Assembly (NCBI GenBank): GCA_050260475.1
Contig: JBLNCG010000019.1
Location: 10,166 to 74,165, forward strand
Source: Bacillota bacterium
GTDB lineage: Bacteria; Bacillota; UBA4882; JBLNCG01
Direction: 5' to 3'
DNA: 64,000 bases
The number at the start of each line of letters is the position of its first letter. The first letter of the stretch is position 1. The notes beneath the pieces were generated by a model. That model worked only from the letters and a program-made list of their open reading frames with translations, was not told where the DNA came from and did not search any database. Of this stretch, positions 17,665 through 28,469 are shown piece by piece. The translations under genes and the position numbers were made by a program.

Positions 17665-20067
17665 TTATCCCGGGGAGCGCTTGGCCAGCGCCTTCAGGAA
17701 ATTTTCCACGATGCGTGCGTCGAATTGGGAGTGGCTGCACTTTATCAGTTCAGAAACGGCTTTTTCATGGGTATAAGGCGGGCGGTAGGGACGATGGGAG
17801 GTCATGGCGTCGTATGCGTCGGCCACTGCAAGAATCCTCGCGAGCATCGATATTTCCCCGTTTCCGCCGGCTGGATACCCTTTTCCGTCGATCCGCTCGT
17901 GATGCTGAACGACGGCCTGGATAGCCTGGCCCAAAGTGCTTTCCTGCGGTTTCAATATTTTTTGCGCGATTAACGGGTGCTTTTTTACGATCTCATATTC
18001 TTCCTCCGTCAATTCACCCGGTTTCCCCAGAATCCTTTCATCAACCCCGATTTTCCCCACATCATGCAGGATGGCGGCTATCCTCAGGTTGTCCAGCAAT
18101 TCGGCGTTCAATCCGAGTTCCTGCCCGATCATGAGGGCGTACCGCTCCACTCGTTCGGAGTGCCCCATCGTATATGGATCCTTGGCTTCAATGGCGTAGG
18201 CCAGGGACTGGATCATGCTTAAATATTCCTCGCGAAGCATTTTATAAAGCCGGGCGTTTTCAATGGCGGCGGCGGACTGCTTTACCAGCAGAATCAAAAA
18301 ATTGACGTCCAGTTCCGCAAATTTTCCCTGGCAGTAAAACAAGCAAAGCCCCAGGAGATTATCCCCCATGGAAAGCGGCAGGGCCAGGTACTCCATATCT
18401 CCGGTCAGCCGGCCTTTTTCATAGGGTTTACTGCGGGTGAAACCGTTTTTAATCTCCGGCATCTCCTCAATAAGGGAGTCGTCTCCATACTGATAAACAA
18501 TCTTTTCCCCCTGTTTGTATTCGGCGGACATGTACTGCCCGAATTTTACCGTCGGAAGCTGCAGCGCCTTCTCTAGGACTTTCATAATTATGGCTTCTTC
18601 ATTGATGATGTTCCAGTTCTCCTTGTCCATATCCAGCAACGCCTGCAGGTTGTTGATGTTTTTTTGTAGATCGCGGTAGAGGATGGCCCTTTCCAGAGCA
18701 TTGGCCACTTGGGAGATCATAAGCTCCAGCATCTGCCTCTGATCGGTGGATAGATAACTGTTGATCCTGGAAGAAAACACCACCACGCCGAGGACATTGT
18801 CCTTGATGATCAGAGGAAACAACATCAGGTGGCGCATGGTTTCCGGCAGGTGCGGCAGAGCTTTCCTGTTCATGCAGTTTTCCAGATAAGCCGGTTTTTT
18901 CTCCACAAGCACTCTCCGTATAATGCCGCATGCTACGGGCAGGGGGGAAAGATCCATATCGTTCATATATCCGCCTGCTCTGGCATGGAGCATATATTCT
19001 TTACGGTTTTCATCCAGGAGATACAACAGGCAGTATTCCATCTGCGCCATTTCACCGAGTTTCTTTACGATTTGCAAGGTCAGGGTATTGAAATCCACGG
19101 AGGTATGAAGCACTCTTTCCAGTTCATACAGCATGGTGAGGCGCTTCAGTTTAAGCTGTTCATTTTCATACAACCGCGCCCGTTCGATGGCTACAGCCAT
19201 TTGCGTGGTGAAAACGGAAAGCAGGCGCAGATCCTCCTGTGTGAATCCCTCTTCATCCTCCCTGTTGAAAACATTGATTACTCCGATCACTTTGCCCTTG
19301 ATTTTTATCGGCGTACAGAGCTGGGCTTTCAGGTTGGAACGGTGCAAAGGATTGGTGAACCGGGGATCGCTGGGCAAATCATTGATGATCTCGGGTTGGC
19401 CCGTCCGGGCAACCCATCCGGTGATGCTTTCCCCCAGGTTTACAGGGCGCAGAACCGCCGCCTCCTCTCCCGTGACCACTCTAGGCACCAGCATGCCGCT
19501 TTCTTCATCCATCAGGTACAAGGAACCGATTTCCGTCTTGAGCGCTTTCTGGATGGCGCGCAGGATCCTGTCCAGCAAGGTTTCCAGTTCCATTTCGATG
19601 CCCAGCGCTTGATAAACCCGATAAAAGCTGAACAATTCCCGCCGCTGCCTGGCCAGTTCCTCCTCCTTTAACTGCAGTTTTTGATCCTTTTCGTTTTGTT
19701 CAATAAGCAGGCGCAGATTCTCCGAAAGCAGATTTACCAGCGTACTCACGGTGAGAGGCGACAAGTGGGCGGATTTCAACTCGCAGACCAAAAGACCGTA
19801 TTTAAATCCGTAAATAAGAATATTGTCCTGCGCCTTGCATATTTCACCGGCGAGCCGGGATGAACTTTCGGCGATATTCAACAGCGCGCCGGGGCTTACT
19901 TCCCGGCGGTAAAGCGATTCGATTTCATCCCGGCAACGGTAGCCTTCGGTGCTGAATATCACTTCGTTTTTTGCGTTCAAAACAGTAAAAGATAAGCATT
20001 CCGCCTTGGCGATGGCGGAAAGCTTATCTTTGAAAGGCAAAAGAATCGCTTCTAAGTTCTGTCCCAC
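17665..20067 (-). CDS. Multi-GAF-domain protein with a C-terminal HD-GYP phosphohydrolase domain (putative cyclic-di-GMP phosphodiesterase or signalling protein)
   Basis: HD motif HSERVERYALMIG ... AAILHDVGKIG ... GKGYP. Several GAF-like segments upstream. I take the start as GTG 20067 (AAAGGAG 6 nt upstream); the ORF extends to 20106. Confidence 0.75.
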   Translation of the reverse strand: MGQNLEAILLPFKDKLSAIAKAECLSFTVLNAKNEVIFSTEGYRCRDEIESLYRREVSPGALLNIAESSSRLAGEICKAQDNILIYGFKYGLLVCELKSAHLSPLTVSTLVNLLSENLRLLIEQNEKDQKLQLKEEELARQRRELFSFYRVYQALGIEMELETLLDRILRAIQKALKTEIGSLYLMDEESGMLVPRVVTGEEAAVLRPVNLGESITGWVARTGQPEIINDLPSDPRFTNPLHRSNLKAQLCTPIKIKGKVIGVINVFNREDEEGFTQEDLRLLSVFTTQMAVAIERARLYENEQLKLKRLTMLYELERVLHTSVDFNTLTLQIVKKLGEMAQMEYCLLYLLDENRKEYMLHARAGGYMNDMDLSPLPVACGIIRRVLVEKKPAYLENCMNRKALPHLPETMRHLMLFPLIIKDNVLGVVVFSSRINSYLSTDQRQMLELMISQVANALERAILYRDLQKNINNLQALLDMDKENWNIINEEAIIMKVLEKALQLPTVKFGQYMSAEYKQGEKIVYQYGDDSLIEEMPEIKNGFTRSKPYEKGRLTGDMEYLALPLSMGDNLLGLCLFYCQGKFAELDVNFLILLVKQSAAAIENARLYKMLREEYLSMIQSLAYAIEAKDPYTMGHSERVERYALMIGQELGLNAELLDNLRIAAILHDVGKIGVDERILGKPGELTEEEYEIVKKHPLIAQKILKPQESTLGQAIQAVVQHHERIDGKGYPAGGNGEISMLARILAVADAYDAMTSHRPYRPPYTHEKAVSELIKCSHSQFDARIVENFLKALAKRSPG

Positions 20068-20285
20068 GTGAACTCCTTTTAACTTGAAGAATATCCGTCC
20101 ACACACGCCCCCTACATCATACCGACAACATCGCTTATGGAATACACATGCACCGCTTAGTATGTTAAGCAGGATCCGCGCTGCAACAGGATGAAGTCTT
20201 TTTATAGCCTAATATTCTACTTTTATGCCTGAATTCCTTCCGGCCACTGCACTTATTCGCGCGTATCCTTGCCTTTCTCACTTTC

Positions 20286-20963
20286 TCATTCCTTGAACGG
20301 GGAAGCCGTTACAAGGTTTCTTATTTTGCTCAGGATAAAAGCGATTACGACCCCGATAACCGCCAGGGCAGCGAACAGGCGGGTAATGCTTTCATTAAAA
20401 AGTAAGAAGTCGTATAAACCGTGCCATGCCGCCGGCCAGAAGAAAGCCGCATAATATTTGCCGGGCTGTCTTTTAAATTTTGCCTCCGCCCAGTAATGCC
20501 CGGCGAGTCCGGAAAATGCGGCGTGCGCCAGACAGCCGACGACTGCCCGGAGTACGCCCACGGATAAACCGAATCTGGAGGTATAAAAGATGTTCTCTAT
20601 AACCGCAAACCCGAGCCCCACGCTTACTCCATAAATTATTCCATCCACCGGCTCATTGAAATCCCGGTGGCGCAGGGCGATCCAGTATAAAGCCAGCAGT
20701 TTTAGCCCCTCTTCAATGATACCGATGGATGCCGCGGCTGCAATCAAGTTGAACAGGCCGCGGACTTCCCCGCTGAAGAACCGGATTAAAAAAACCTGTT
20801 CGAATAACATCGCCGGGAAAATACTCACGATCCCGCCCAGAAAAGCCAGAATGACAAGATACTTCGGCTCCGGTTCATACCTGTCCTTTTTATAGAAGTA
20901 TTGCATCCATAATACGCCGGGAATAATAGAGACAAAAAGAACCAGTACAAGTTTTAACGACAT
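20286..20963 (-). CDS. prsW: PrsW-family intramembrane metalloprotease
   Basis: Multi-transmembrane protein with the EEGLK (EExxK) motif. Confidence 0.75.
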   Translation of the reverse strand: MSLKLVLVLFVSIIPGVLWMQYFYKKDRYEPEPKYLVILAFLGGIVSIFPAMLFEQVFLIRFFSGEVRGLFNLIAAAASIGIIEEGLKLLALYWIALRHRDFNEPVDGIIYGVSVGLGFAVIENIFYTSRFGLSVGVLRAVVGCLAHAAFSGLAGHYWAEAKFKRQPGKYYAAFFWPAAWHGLYDFLLFNESITRLFAALAVIGVVIAFILSKIRNLVTASPFKE

Positions 20964-21131
20964 TTTTTATCACGCCTTCTTTTTATTGGCTGTATTTAAA
21001 ACCCGCTGCAGTTAGTTTGCCGGCGGAGAAAAGGATCATACCGGGCAACCGGTAATAAAAGAAGGAAATCGGTCATAAGCGCAGAAAATGACCATATTTA
21101 TGGAACTTCAAACATCGATTGCAAAAGAGGG

Positions 21132-22001
21132 ATGCATTTGGCAGCAAAATTCGGTCCCGCCGGCCTGGACGAAATCTTTTATGCGGAAGGCGGCAAATCC
21201 TCCGCGGAAGCTCCATCCTTTTTACGGCGGAAAAACCTCGACGCTTTTGAGTACCAGTGCACGCGGGGAGTAAAAATCAGCGAATCACTAGCCCGCAAAC
21301 TGGGTGATGAAGCCCGAAATTCCGGCGTCTCTTTAAGCATCCACGGCCCTTATTACATCAATTTTTGCAGCGGTGAAGCGCAAATCCGGGCCAATTCATG
21401 CGGGTATGTCATGAGTTCGCTGGAGGCCGCCCATTGGATGGGGGCCGAAGTGGTGGTATTTCATCCGGGCCAGGCGGGAAAAAAGCCGCGCGCGGAGGCC
21501 CTGGAAATGATCTCCGCGGGTTTGATGCGCTGTATAGAGCAGGCGTCAAAGAAAGGATTCGCTCATATTAAACTGGCGCCCGAAACCGGAGGGAAAAAAA
21601 GCGCTTTCGGCGGCCTAGATGAAATCATCGCCCTTGCCAAACTCCATCCCCAAATCATTCCCTGTGTCGATTTCGCCCACCTTCATGCCAGGGAAGGAGG
21701 CTGCCTGAATACGGAAGAGGATTTCGACCGGATCCTGGATGCGCTTCTTTACGGCCTTGGAGAAAGCAAGGTTAAAAACCTGCACTGCCACTTCAGTCCG
21801 ATCGAATTCACCGCGGCCGGGGAAAAAAGGCACTGGACGACCCTAGAAACCCAGTTCGGTCCGGATTTTTTACCGCTTGCCAGAAGTTTCGTGAAAAAAA
21901 ACATCGAACCTACCGTAATCTGTGAATCCAACGGCAGGCAGAGCGCGGACGCGCAACTCTACAGGGATATGTACCGGGCGGCCTCCGGAAAATTTATATA
22001 A
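21132..22001 (+). CDS. Endonuclease IV-like TIM-barrel protein (AP-endonuclease family 2 / xylose-isomerase-like fold)
   Basis: LSIHGPYYINF ... VVFHPG resembles Nfo-family motifs. The start could instead be the TTG at 21138. Confidence 0.55.
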   Translation: MHLAAKFGPAGLDEIFYAEGGKSSAEAPSFLRRKNLDAFEYQCTRGVKISESLARKLGDEARNSGVSLSIHGPYYINFCSGEAQIRANSCGYVMSSLEAAHWMGAEVVVFHPGQAGKKPRAEALEMISAGLMRCIEQASKKGFAHIKLAPETGGKKSAFGGLDEIIALAKLHPQIIPCVDFAHLHAREGGCLNTEEDFDRILDALLYGLGESKVKNLHCHFSPIEFTAAGEKRHWTTLETQFGPDFLPLARSFVKKNIEPTVICESNGRQSADAQLYRDMYRAASGKFI

Positions 22002-23301
22002 TAATGCCTTTCAGCAATTTTTGAGCGCAAACCGGCTTATCGCTTACGCTAAAAGCCTCCCGTACCGTAATCCTCACCATTTCCGCCACCCTCCCATCCC
22101 TGGCGTGAAGCTCGCACAGGCACTCATTTCTGCATACCTTATCCCCCGTTTTTTTTCGGACTATGAGGCCGACATCGGGGAACACAGCCGCCCCTATCTC
22201 TGTCCGGCCTGCGCCAAGCTTTCCGGCAGCCAGGCCCAGGCTGTAAGTATCGATCCCGGCAATATAACCGTCCCGCGGCGATTTGACCTTATCAACCTTG
22301 GCCGCACGGGGCAAATATTTGTCAGGATCGCAACATAAATCCGCCGGCCCGCCCTGGGCAGTCACCAATTGCTGGAACTTAGCCAAGGCTTGGCCGTCCT
22401 TCCACGACCCGCGCAGGATTTTTTCAGCTTCACTCATGGTTTTGCAGCGTTCTCCCAAAAGCAGCATATGACAGCCCAGGATCATGCACAGCTCCTCCAG
22501 ATCCGCCGGGCAACTCCCCTGTAAAGCCCGGATGGCCTCTTTGACCTCCAATGCGTTACCGACAGCGCATCCCAGCGGTTGATCCATGCCGGTAATCAAG
22601 GCCACCGTTTTTTTCCCGACATGCCTGCCGATTTCCACCATGGAGCGGGCCAAAAACTCCGCTTCCCCCGCTGTTTTTACAAACGCCCCGTTTCCCGCCT
22701 TGACATCCAGTACCACGGCATCCGCCCCGGCGGCGATCTTTTTGCTCATCACGCTGGATGCGATAAGCGGGATGCTCTCTACCGCGCCGGTTGCGTCCCT
22801 AAGGGCATAAAGTTTCTTATCCGCGGGGACCAGATGCCCGGTCTGACCGGCCAGAGCCAGGCCGGTTTCCTTTACCTGGCGTATGATTTCCCCCAGATCA
22901 AATGCCGTGCGAAATCCCGGGATGGATTCCAGCTTGTCTATGGTGCCGCCCGTATGCCCCAGCGCCCGGCCGGACATCTTCACTACCGGGAGCCCTGCGG
23001 CGGCCACCAGCGGCGCCAGGATCAGCGTCGTTTTATCCCCTACGCCCCCGGTGCTGTGTTTATCCACTTTAATACCCGAAATCGGGGAGAGATCCAGCGT
23101 CTCCCCGGAATAAGCCATGGCCATGGTCAACTCCGACTGCTCAGCGGGATTTAATCCCTTAAAATAAACCGCCATGCACCAGGCGGCCATCTGGTAATCC
23201 GGTATGTCCCCCTGTGTGTAAGCCTGGACCATGGATTTGATTTCACCCGGGGCGTGAGCTTTTCCATCCCGCTTGGCCCGAATCAGGTCGATCATCAACA
23301 T
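21994..23301 (-). CDS. pdp: Pyrimidine-nucleoside (thymidine) phosphorylase
   Basis: MIDLIRAKRDGK ... KHSTGGVGDKTTL ... TGGTIDKLESIPG. I take the start as ATG 23301 (AAAGGA 8 nt upstream). Confidence 0.85.
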   Translation of the reverse strand: MLMIDLIRAKRDGKAHAPGEIKSMVQAYTQGDIPDYQMAAWCMAVYFKGLNPAEQSELTMAMAYSGETLDLSPISGIKVDKHSTGGVGDKTTLILAPLVAAAGLPVVKMSGRALGHTGGTIDKLESIPGFRTAFDLGEIIRQVKETGLALAGQTGHLVPADKKLYALRDATGAVESIPLIASSVMSKKIAAGADAVVLDVKAGNGAFVKTAGEAEFLARSMVEIGRHVGKKTVALITGMDQPLGCAVGNALEVKEAIRALQGSCPADLEELCMILGCHMLLLGERCKTMSEAEKILRGSWKDGQALAKFQQLVTAQGGPADLCCDPDKYLPRAAKVDKVKSPRDGYIAGIDTYSLGLAAGKLGAGRTEIGAAVFPDVGLIVRKKTGDKVCRNECLCELHARDGRVAEMVRITVREAFSVSDKPVCAQKLLKGIII

Positions 23302-23342
23302 CCGCAACATCCTTTTCAAAGTAATCTCCAACCCCGTTAGTA

Positions 23343-23377
23343 ACAAGACCCAGCATTAAGGCAACAACACAATTGCC
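23343..23377 (+). repeat. Truncated remnant of the palindromic repeat (right terminus only), copy E4
   Basis: ACAAGACCCAGCATTAAGGCAACAACACAATTGCC matches the consensus right arm GCAAGACCTTGAATTAAGGTAACAACGCAATTGCC. Confidence 0.7.
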
Positions 23378-23439
23378 TTTGGTAAGCTATTCTATCTTCT
23401 GTCTTCTGTATTTATCTCCCGTGCTCTGTATTCTTTTCT

Positions 23440-24609
23440 CTAAGTATATATCTCCCCGGCAAAACTCCGTCCCAAAGGCCATTTCTCTCCCGTAAGAAGC
23501 TGGAAAATGGAGGCGCCCAGATCAGCGAACGTATCCCTGACACCGAGATCAATCCCCGGTTTAATACCGGGCCCCCAGATCAAAAGCGGAACATATTCCC
23601 GGGAATGATCGGTACCGGCCGTAGTGGGATCGCAGCCGTGATCCGCCGTGATGCAAAGAAGATCCCCGTCTCCAAGACGGGCGGCGATTCCGCTGATTTG
23701 GTCGTCCGCTTCCTGAAGCGCCAGCGCCATACCTTTAACATCATTACGGTGCCCGTAAAGCATATCGAAATCCACGCAATTTGTGAAAACAAGCCCCCTG
23801 CCCGTAAAATCCAGGGCGGCGGACGTTGCGGACAGGCTTTCCCCGCTGCCGCGGGTATGATTGATGCGGGTCAAACCGCGCCGGGAAAAGATATCCTCGA
23901 TTTTGCCTATCCCATAAACCTCAAGCCCCCGCCCGGAAAGCCCGTCCAGAATGGTCGGCCCTGTGGGCGGTAGGGAGTAATCACGGCGGTTTTCCGTACG
24001 GATGAAACCGCCGGGCTTGCCGAAAAACGGGCGGGCGATAATCCTGCCCACCGTATGTTCCCCCTGCATGATGCCCCTGGCTTTTTCGCACCATTCATAC
24101 AGCAGCGCAAGGGGGACGATTTCTTCATGGGCGGCGATTTGCAGCACTGAATCCGCGGAAGTATAAACAATCGGACTTCCCGTATCCATATGCTCCCTGC
24201 CAAGGCGCTCGATGATCTCCGTGCCGGAGGCTGCGGTATTCCCAAGAATTTCCCTTCCGAAGGCTGTTTTCAACAACCGCACAACTTCAAGGGGGAATCC
24301 ATGAGGGTAGGTGGGAAAAGGCTTAGTCAGGGGCAGCCCGCTGATTTCCCAGTGGCCGGTCACTGTATCCTTACCAGGGGATCTTTCAGCCATTTTGCCG
24401 AATGCTCCCAACGGAAACCTGCATGGAGCCACTCCCCTGATGGATGCGATATTGCCCAGTCCCATTTTTTGAAACCAAGGAACATCCAAATTTTCTGCGG
24501 CGGCGGTATTCCCTATGGTATTGCTGCGTTCATCGCCGTAAGCGGAAGCGTCGGGAAGAGCGCCGATCCCCACCCCGTCCAGTATGATTAAAATTACGCG
24601 TTTTATCAT
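23440..24609 (-). CDS. deoB: Phosphopentomutase
   Basis: VILIILDGVGIG ... DHGCDPT. The likely start is the internal ATG at 24609. Confidence 0.85.
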   Translation of the reverse strand: MIKRVILIILDGVGIGALPDASAYGDERSNTIGNTAAAENLDVPWFQKMGLGNIASIRGVAPCRFPLGAFGKMAERSPGKDTVTGHWEISGLPLTKPFPTYPHGFPLEVVRLLKTAFGREILGNTAASGTEIIERLGREHMDTGSPIVYTSADSVLQIAAHEEIVPLALLYEWCEKARGIMQGEHTVGRIIARPFFGKPGGFIRTENRRDYSLPPTGPTILDGLSGRGLEVYGIGKIEDIFSRRGLTRINHTRGSGESLSATSAALDFTGRGLVFTNCVDFDMLYGHRNDVKGMALALQEADDQISGIAARLGDGDLLCITADHGCDPTTAGTDHSREYVPLLIWGPGIKPGIDLGVRDTFADLGASIFQLLTGEKWPLGRSFAGEIYT

Positions 24610-24669
24610 AAGGTTACTTTTCCCCATTCATGCGGAAAATCCTGTTCGCCTCCGCCGATCCATAAACGG

Positions 24670-24786
24670 GCAATTTGCGTTGCTATGATAATTCAACGTC
24701 ATGCCACCAAATATCGATAGCCTACATGGCAGCCATACGCTATATTTAACGGCACGACCTTGAATTAAGGTAACAACGCAATTACC
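24670..24786 (+). repeat. Intergenic palindromic repeat, copy E5 (full length, diverged termini)
   Basis: GCAATTTGCGTTGCTATGATAATTCAACGTCATGCCACCAAATATCGATAGCCTACATGGCAGCCATACGC ... GGTAACAACGCAATTACC. Confidence 0.9.
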
Positions 24787-24881
24787 CATAATAAAAACGC
24801 CCGGCAGATTTGCCCGGCGCTGTTTCCGGATAAATATATGTATTGCCCATCATCTTCCGACGGCGGCGGCGCATTCAAACG

Positions 24882-25769
24882 TTACGCCCGGGGATGCGTC
24901 TGATCGTAAACCTCCTTGATTTTACTCCTGGTAAGCTGGGTATAAATCTGGGTGGTGGAGATGTCCGCATGCCCCAGCATTTCCTGGACCGAACGGAGAT
25001 CCGCCCCGTTTTCCAGCAGGTGTGTGGCAAAAGAATGACGCAAGGTATGCGGGGTGATGTCCTTTCTGATCCCGCCTTCCATGGCGTATTTCTTGATGAT
25101 CTTCCAGAAGCCCTGCCGCGTCATCCGGTGTCCGTGATGGTTCAGAAACAGGGCAGCCTCTTTCTTGTCCCGCAAAAAACCGATCCTGCCGCGCTGAAGG
25201 TAATTTTGCAGGCTTTCTTTGGCCGCCGAACCGATGGGAACGATTCTCTCCTTGGATCCCTTGCCGAAACATCTTACATAGCTCGAATCCAGATTGGCGT
25301 CGTTCATGTTCAACGAAATCAACTCCGATACCCTCATTCCGGTCGCATACAAAAGCTCCAGCATGGCCTTGTCCCTCAAGCCCGTAGGGCAGCCCAAACT
25401 GGGCTGTTCCAGAAGAATTGCCACTTCTTCGGGGGACAAGATCTTGGGGATCCGCTTCTCCTGTTTGGGGGCGTCCAAATTCACCGTGGGATTTTTTGTT
25501 ATTATTTCTTCTCGCGTCAAGAATTGAAAAAATGCCTTGATCGCCGCTAGGGAACGGGAAATAGTCGCAGTTGAGCGGCCCTGGCCCTGGAGGTAAAGAA
25601 GGTAACCGACTACGGTGGCCTGAGTGGTTTCCTTGATGTCCACTTTCTTTTTTTCACTTAAGTAAGTAAAGTACTGCTTCAGGTCCCTGCCGTAAGATTC
25701 CAGAGTATTTTGCGCCAATCCGCGTTCGACCGCCAGGTAATTGAGGAAATTCTTCTGATAGTCTTGCAT
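24882..25769 (-). CDS. xerD: Tyrosine site-specific recombinase, XerD/XerC type
   Basis: Catalytic RHSFATHLL ... GHADISTTQIYT. Chromosomal context next to spoIIM and deoB. Confidence 0.8.
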   Translation of the reverse strand: MQDYQKNFLNYLAVERGLAQNTLESYGRDLKQYFTYLSEKKKVDIKETTQATVVGYLLYLQGQGRSTATISRSLAAIKAFFQFLTREEIITKNPTVNLDAPKQEKRIPKILSPEEVAILLEQPSLGCPTGLRDKAMLELLYATGMRVSELISLNMNDANLDSSYVRCFGKGSKERIVPIGSAAKESLQNYLQRGRIGFLRDKKEAALFLNHHGHRMTRQGFWKIIKKYAMEGGIRKDITPHTLRHSFATHLLENGADLRSVQEMLGHADISTTQIYTQLTRSKIKEVYDQTHPRA

Positions 25770-25973
25770 TATACACTCTCCTTATATGTCTAAGATGTAA
25801 TGTTATGTTTTTTCGACATAATCCTATAATATCCTTTTTTTATAATCCAGCAAACGTTGGAAATTCATCACATCAACGTTTTATGAAATAAGCGGACGCC
25901 TTTCATGCGGATTGAAAACAGTATTCTTATCCTGTAAATCCCCGCAGCGATGGTTTTCAGTGGTGAAACCTGT

Positions 25974-26630
25974 TTAACGCATGATGCCTGACAGCAATGA
26001 AATAAAAAAAGGTGAAACGTATGCCTCCAAGAAACTGGCGCCAATCAGGACAATGCCCGCCGCGGCAAGCCCGGCTACGTTTCCGGCGAACACATTTCCC
26101 AGGCGCGCCGGCCTTTGACCGGATCTTTGCCGCAAAAGAATCCCGGCAAGATCGATGCTCATGATGCTCACCAAAAAAAGTACGGGGAAAATCACCAGAT
26201 TATGGGGAACTATGGCAAGCAGAGAAAAAATAAAGCCCTTAAAAGTATATTCCTCCACCAGAAAACCCACGGTAAACCCGAAGATAAATCCCCGCGTGAA
26301 AATCAGCAGGAGGATCAACGGCACGCCGATCACCGTCAGGCCGAAAAGCCAGATCAGCCCGATAGTCTTCAGGTTGTTAAAAAGCGATAACCTCACCAGA
26401 GGGAGACCGGAAACCGCTTTCTGTTTAAACCCCTGGAAAAAAGATTCCAGATAGAGCACCAGTTCCTTTTTTTGCATGGCATTCAAGGTTTTCAGACTCA
26501 AGGCCCCGAAAAAAACGCCCATGAGGAATACAACCAATATTATAAAGAAAAAAACGCAATTTTTTTTAAAAAAATATCGGATCTCCTCTTTTAACCTTTG
26601 AATCCCCAAAATCCCGCCCCCTTTATACAT
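25974..26630 (-). CDS. spoIIM: Stage II sporulation protein M
   Basis: Polytopic membrane protein of SpoIIM length, with the hydrophobic segment pattern of the SpoIIM N-terminus. Confidence 0.65.
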   Translation of the reverse strand: MYKGGGILGIQRLKEEIRYFFKKNCVFFFIILVVFLMGVFFGALSLKTLNAMQKKELVLYLESFFQGFKQKAVSGLPLVRLSLFNNLKTIGLIWLFGLTVIGVPLILLLIFTRGFIFGFTVGFLVEEYTFKGFIFSLLAIVPHNLVIFPVLFLVSIMSIDLAGILLRQRSGQRPARLGNVFAGNVAGLAAAGIVLIGASFLEAYVSPFFISLLSGIMR

Positions 26631-26789
26631 CCGAACTTATAGGCGTCCTGTTTAAAAAACAATCTTTGTCCATCATTGCAGCAATAGGTTATCAAAGCTA
26701 TAGTAAAGTTTCAAGCTCGATCATGCTTGATAAATTATATGATCCCGTTACAGAAATATGATTTTCGGGCATGACAGTCCCGTCAATCC

Positions 26790-26819
26790 GCAAATAAAAA
26801 AGCAGCGGACAGTCCGCCG
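26790..26819 (-). terminator. Intrinsic terminator downstream of the DUF1015 gene
   Basis: Minus-strand hairpin GCGGCGGAC/GTCCGCTGC followed by a U-run (plus-strand A-run 26792-26799). Confidence 0.55.
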
Positions 26820-26848
26820 CGTTACTTTTGATCCGAAGCTGAACGTTT

Positions 26849-28174
26849 TTAAACGATTTTACGGCATTCCATGTAATATCTTTTCTCTTCCGCCTCGCCC
26901 ATGGAGAAGGTTTTGGGCGGAAGTATCCCGTAGCGGGCCACTGTCTTATAAAGGTTCTCCTTGGGTATGGGGGGAAGATAAAATCCCGTGTTGCCCGGTT
27001 TACGCCCGAGGCCGGAAACCACTTCCGTCCCATGAATATAATCTACACCCGCATCCTTGTTTTCCTTCAGAAAATCATTCAGGAAAATTTGCAGGGTCCC
27101 GGCTTCCAGGATATGGGGAGGATTTTGAATCCGGATATAACCTGAAGAGGCTACGGTGGTATATGCGAGAAAATGGGACCCCTGAGCCCGCAGCCGACTG
27201 CCGCTGCCGGAGCCGCTTATATCCCCGTTCTCTTCTTTTATTTCAAAAACCGCACCCTTCCTTTCATAAAAATGCCGCATGGCTGCAAACAAAACTTCCG
27301 GCGGCGCACCGAAAACCACCCGGTGGATGGGTTCAAACCTCAGCCCCTCATCATGTACATTAACCAGTTCCACCAGGGCATAACGCGCCGGATGTTCAAA
27401 AGCGGCGCCTCTTGCGGCCGCGGCCTTGATCCTTTCCCAGACCGTTTTGGCCGTCGCCAGGGAATGATTGCCGTCACCCACCGCAAACAGAAAGACACTC
27501 CCGTCCGGACTCCGGCCGGCAAGCTTCCGGAGCCCCCGGTATATACCGCGGATTTGCTCAGCCCCCTTTACCAGATGTCCCGTAATATGCCCTCCGTTCA
27601 TCATCAGATCCGTATCATAAACTTGTTTCATTGCCGCAGGATCGCGCCCGAGAGGTTCGATTACCAGACGCTCCGGATCGTCAATTAGTACCATGATATG
27701 AGGGATCTCAAGGCTTGCTCCTTCACGAATCCTCACCCTGGGGGGGATACGCTCGAGAACCGTAGCTTCCGTAGCCCTGATATACGATGGAGATCCCGGC
27801 CGGTAGTCATAATACTCCAGATCCAGGGCGGCCATCAGGCCCCTGCGGATTTTAACCCGGGGTGTGCTGCGCTCCAGGTATATAAATCCCGCTCCGCAGG
27901 AGAGCAGTGTGCCGTCCAGGAGGTATTCTTTCATGGTGCGGTGGATCTTGCAGATCCTTTCGGCCTCCCCTCCCCTGCCGAGATATATTTCAGGCAAGAC
28001 CAGATGGCAGGTGGAAGGGAAATGCTTTACCAGTTTCTCCACGCCTTCCCAGTAATCGGGTTGTGATGTATACTGGTCGCAGGCCACCACCGCCCACTTT
28101 TGCAAATCCACCCCGGGTCCGGGAAGCAGAATATCGGGTATCTTTACGCCCAACCCGGCAAATGCCCTGTCCAT
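26849..28174 (-). CDS. DUF1015-family protein
   Basis: Conserved DUF1015-like N-terminus MDRAFAGLGVKIPDILLPGP. The start at 28174 has GGGGGGAA upstream. Confidence 0.6.
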   Translation of the reverse strand: MDRAFAGLGVKIPDILLPGPGVDLQKWAVVACDQYTSQPDYWEGVEKLVKHFPSTCHLVLPEIYLGRGGEAERICKIHRTMKEYLLDGTLLSCGAGFIYLERSTPRVKIRRGLMAALDLEYYDYRPGSPSYIRATEATVLERIPPRVRIREGASLEIPHIMVLIDDPERLVIEPLGRDPAAMKQVYDTDLMMNGGHITGHLVKGAEQIRGIYRGLRKLAGRSPDGSVFLFAVGDGNHSLATAKTVWERIKAAAARGAAFEHPARYALVELVNVHDEGLRFEPIHRVVFGAPPEVLFAAMRHFYERKGAVFEIKEENGDISGSGSGSRLRAQGSHFLAYTTVASSGYIRIQNPPHILEAGTLQIFLNDFLKENKDAGVDYIHGTEVVSGLGRKPGNTGFYLPPIPKENLYKTVARYGILPPKTFSMGEAEEKRYYMECRKIV

Positions 28175-28469
28175 GAGATTCCCCCCGCCGCAAAATATGA
28201 AAACCGCTTCGCTTTTTTTTTGCCAATTTCCTGCCTGTTCCGGCAATTTTAATGAATTCTTGACATATGAGCAATTTCATGACGGATAAAACGATATGCC
28301 GCAACAGAAAACGGCCTCACAGGCATGCGCGGCCGTCATCTGCAAACCGGCTTAACTACTCCGACCGGGTTCGGTATTTCCGAAATCATGATTCATAAAT
28401 TTCATCACCGGTTAAATAATTTCAAACCGGTAAACCTCACCCATTGTGTTTCTCCAAGTCTTTCGCCTG

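Noticed and set aside
24882-25769. Tyrosine recombinase as the marker of an integrated mobile element or prophage
   Set aside because: It is a single XerD-type gene in the conserved chromosomal neighbourhood (deoB, pdp, spoIIM, nudF, scpAB). There are no adjacent phage genes, no transposase genes and no attachment-site direct repeats apart from the ubiquitous 115-nt repeat.
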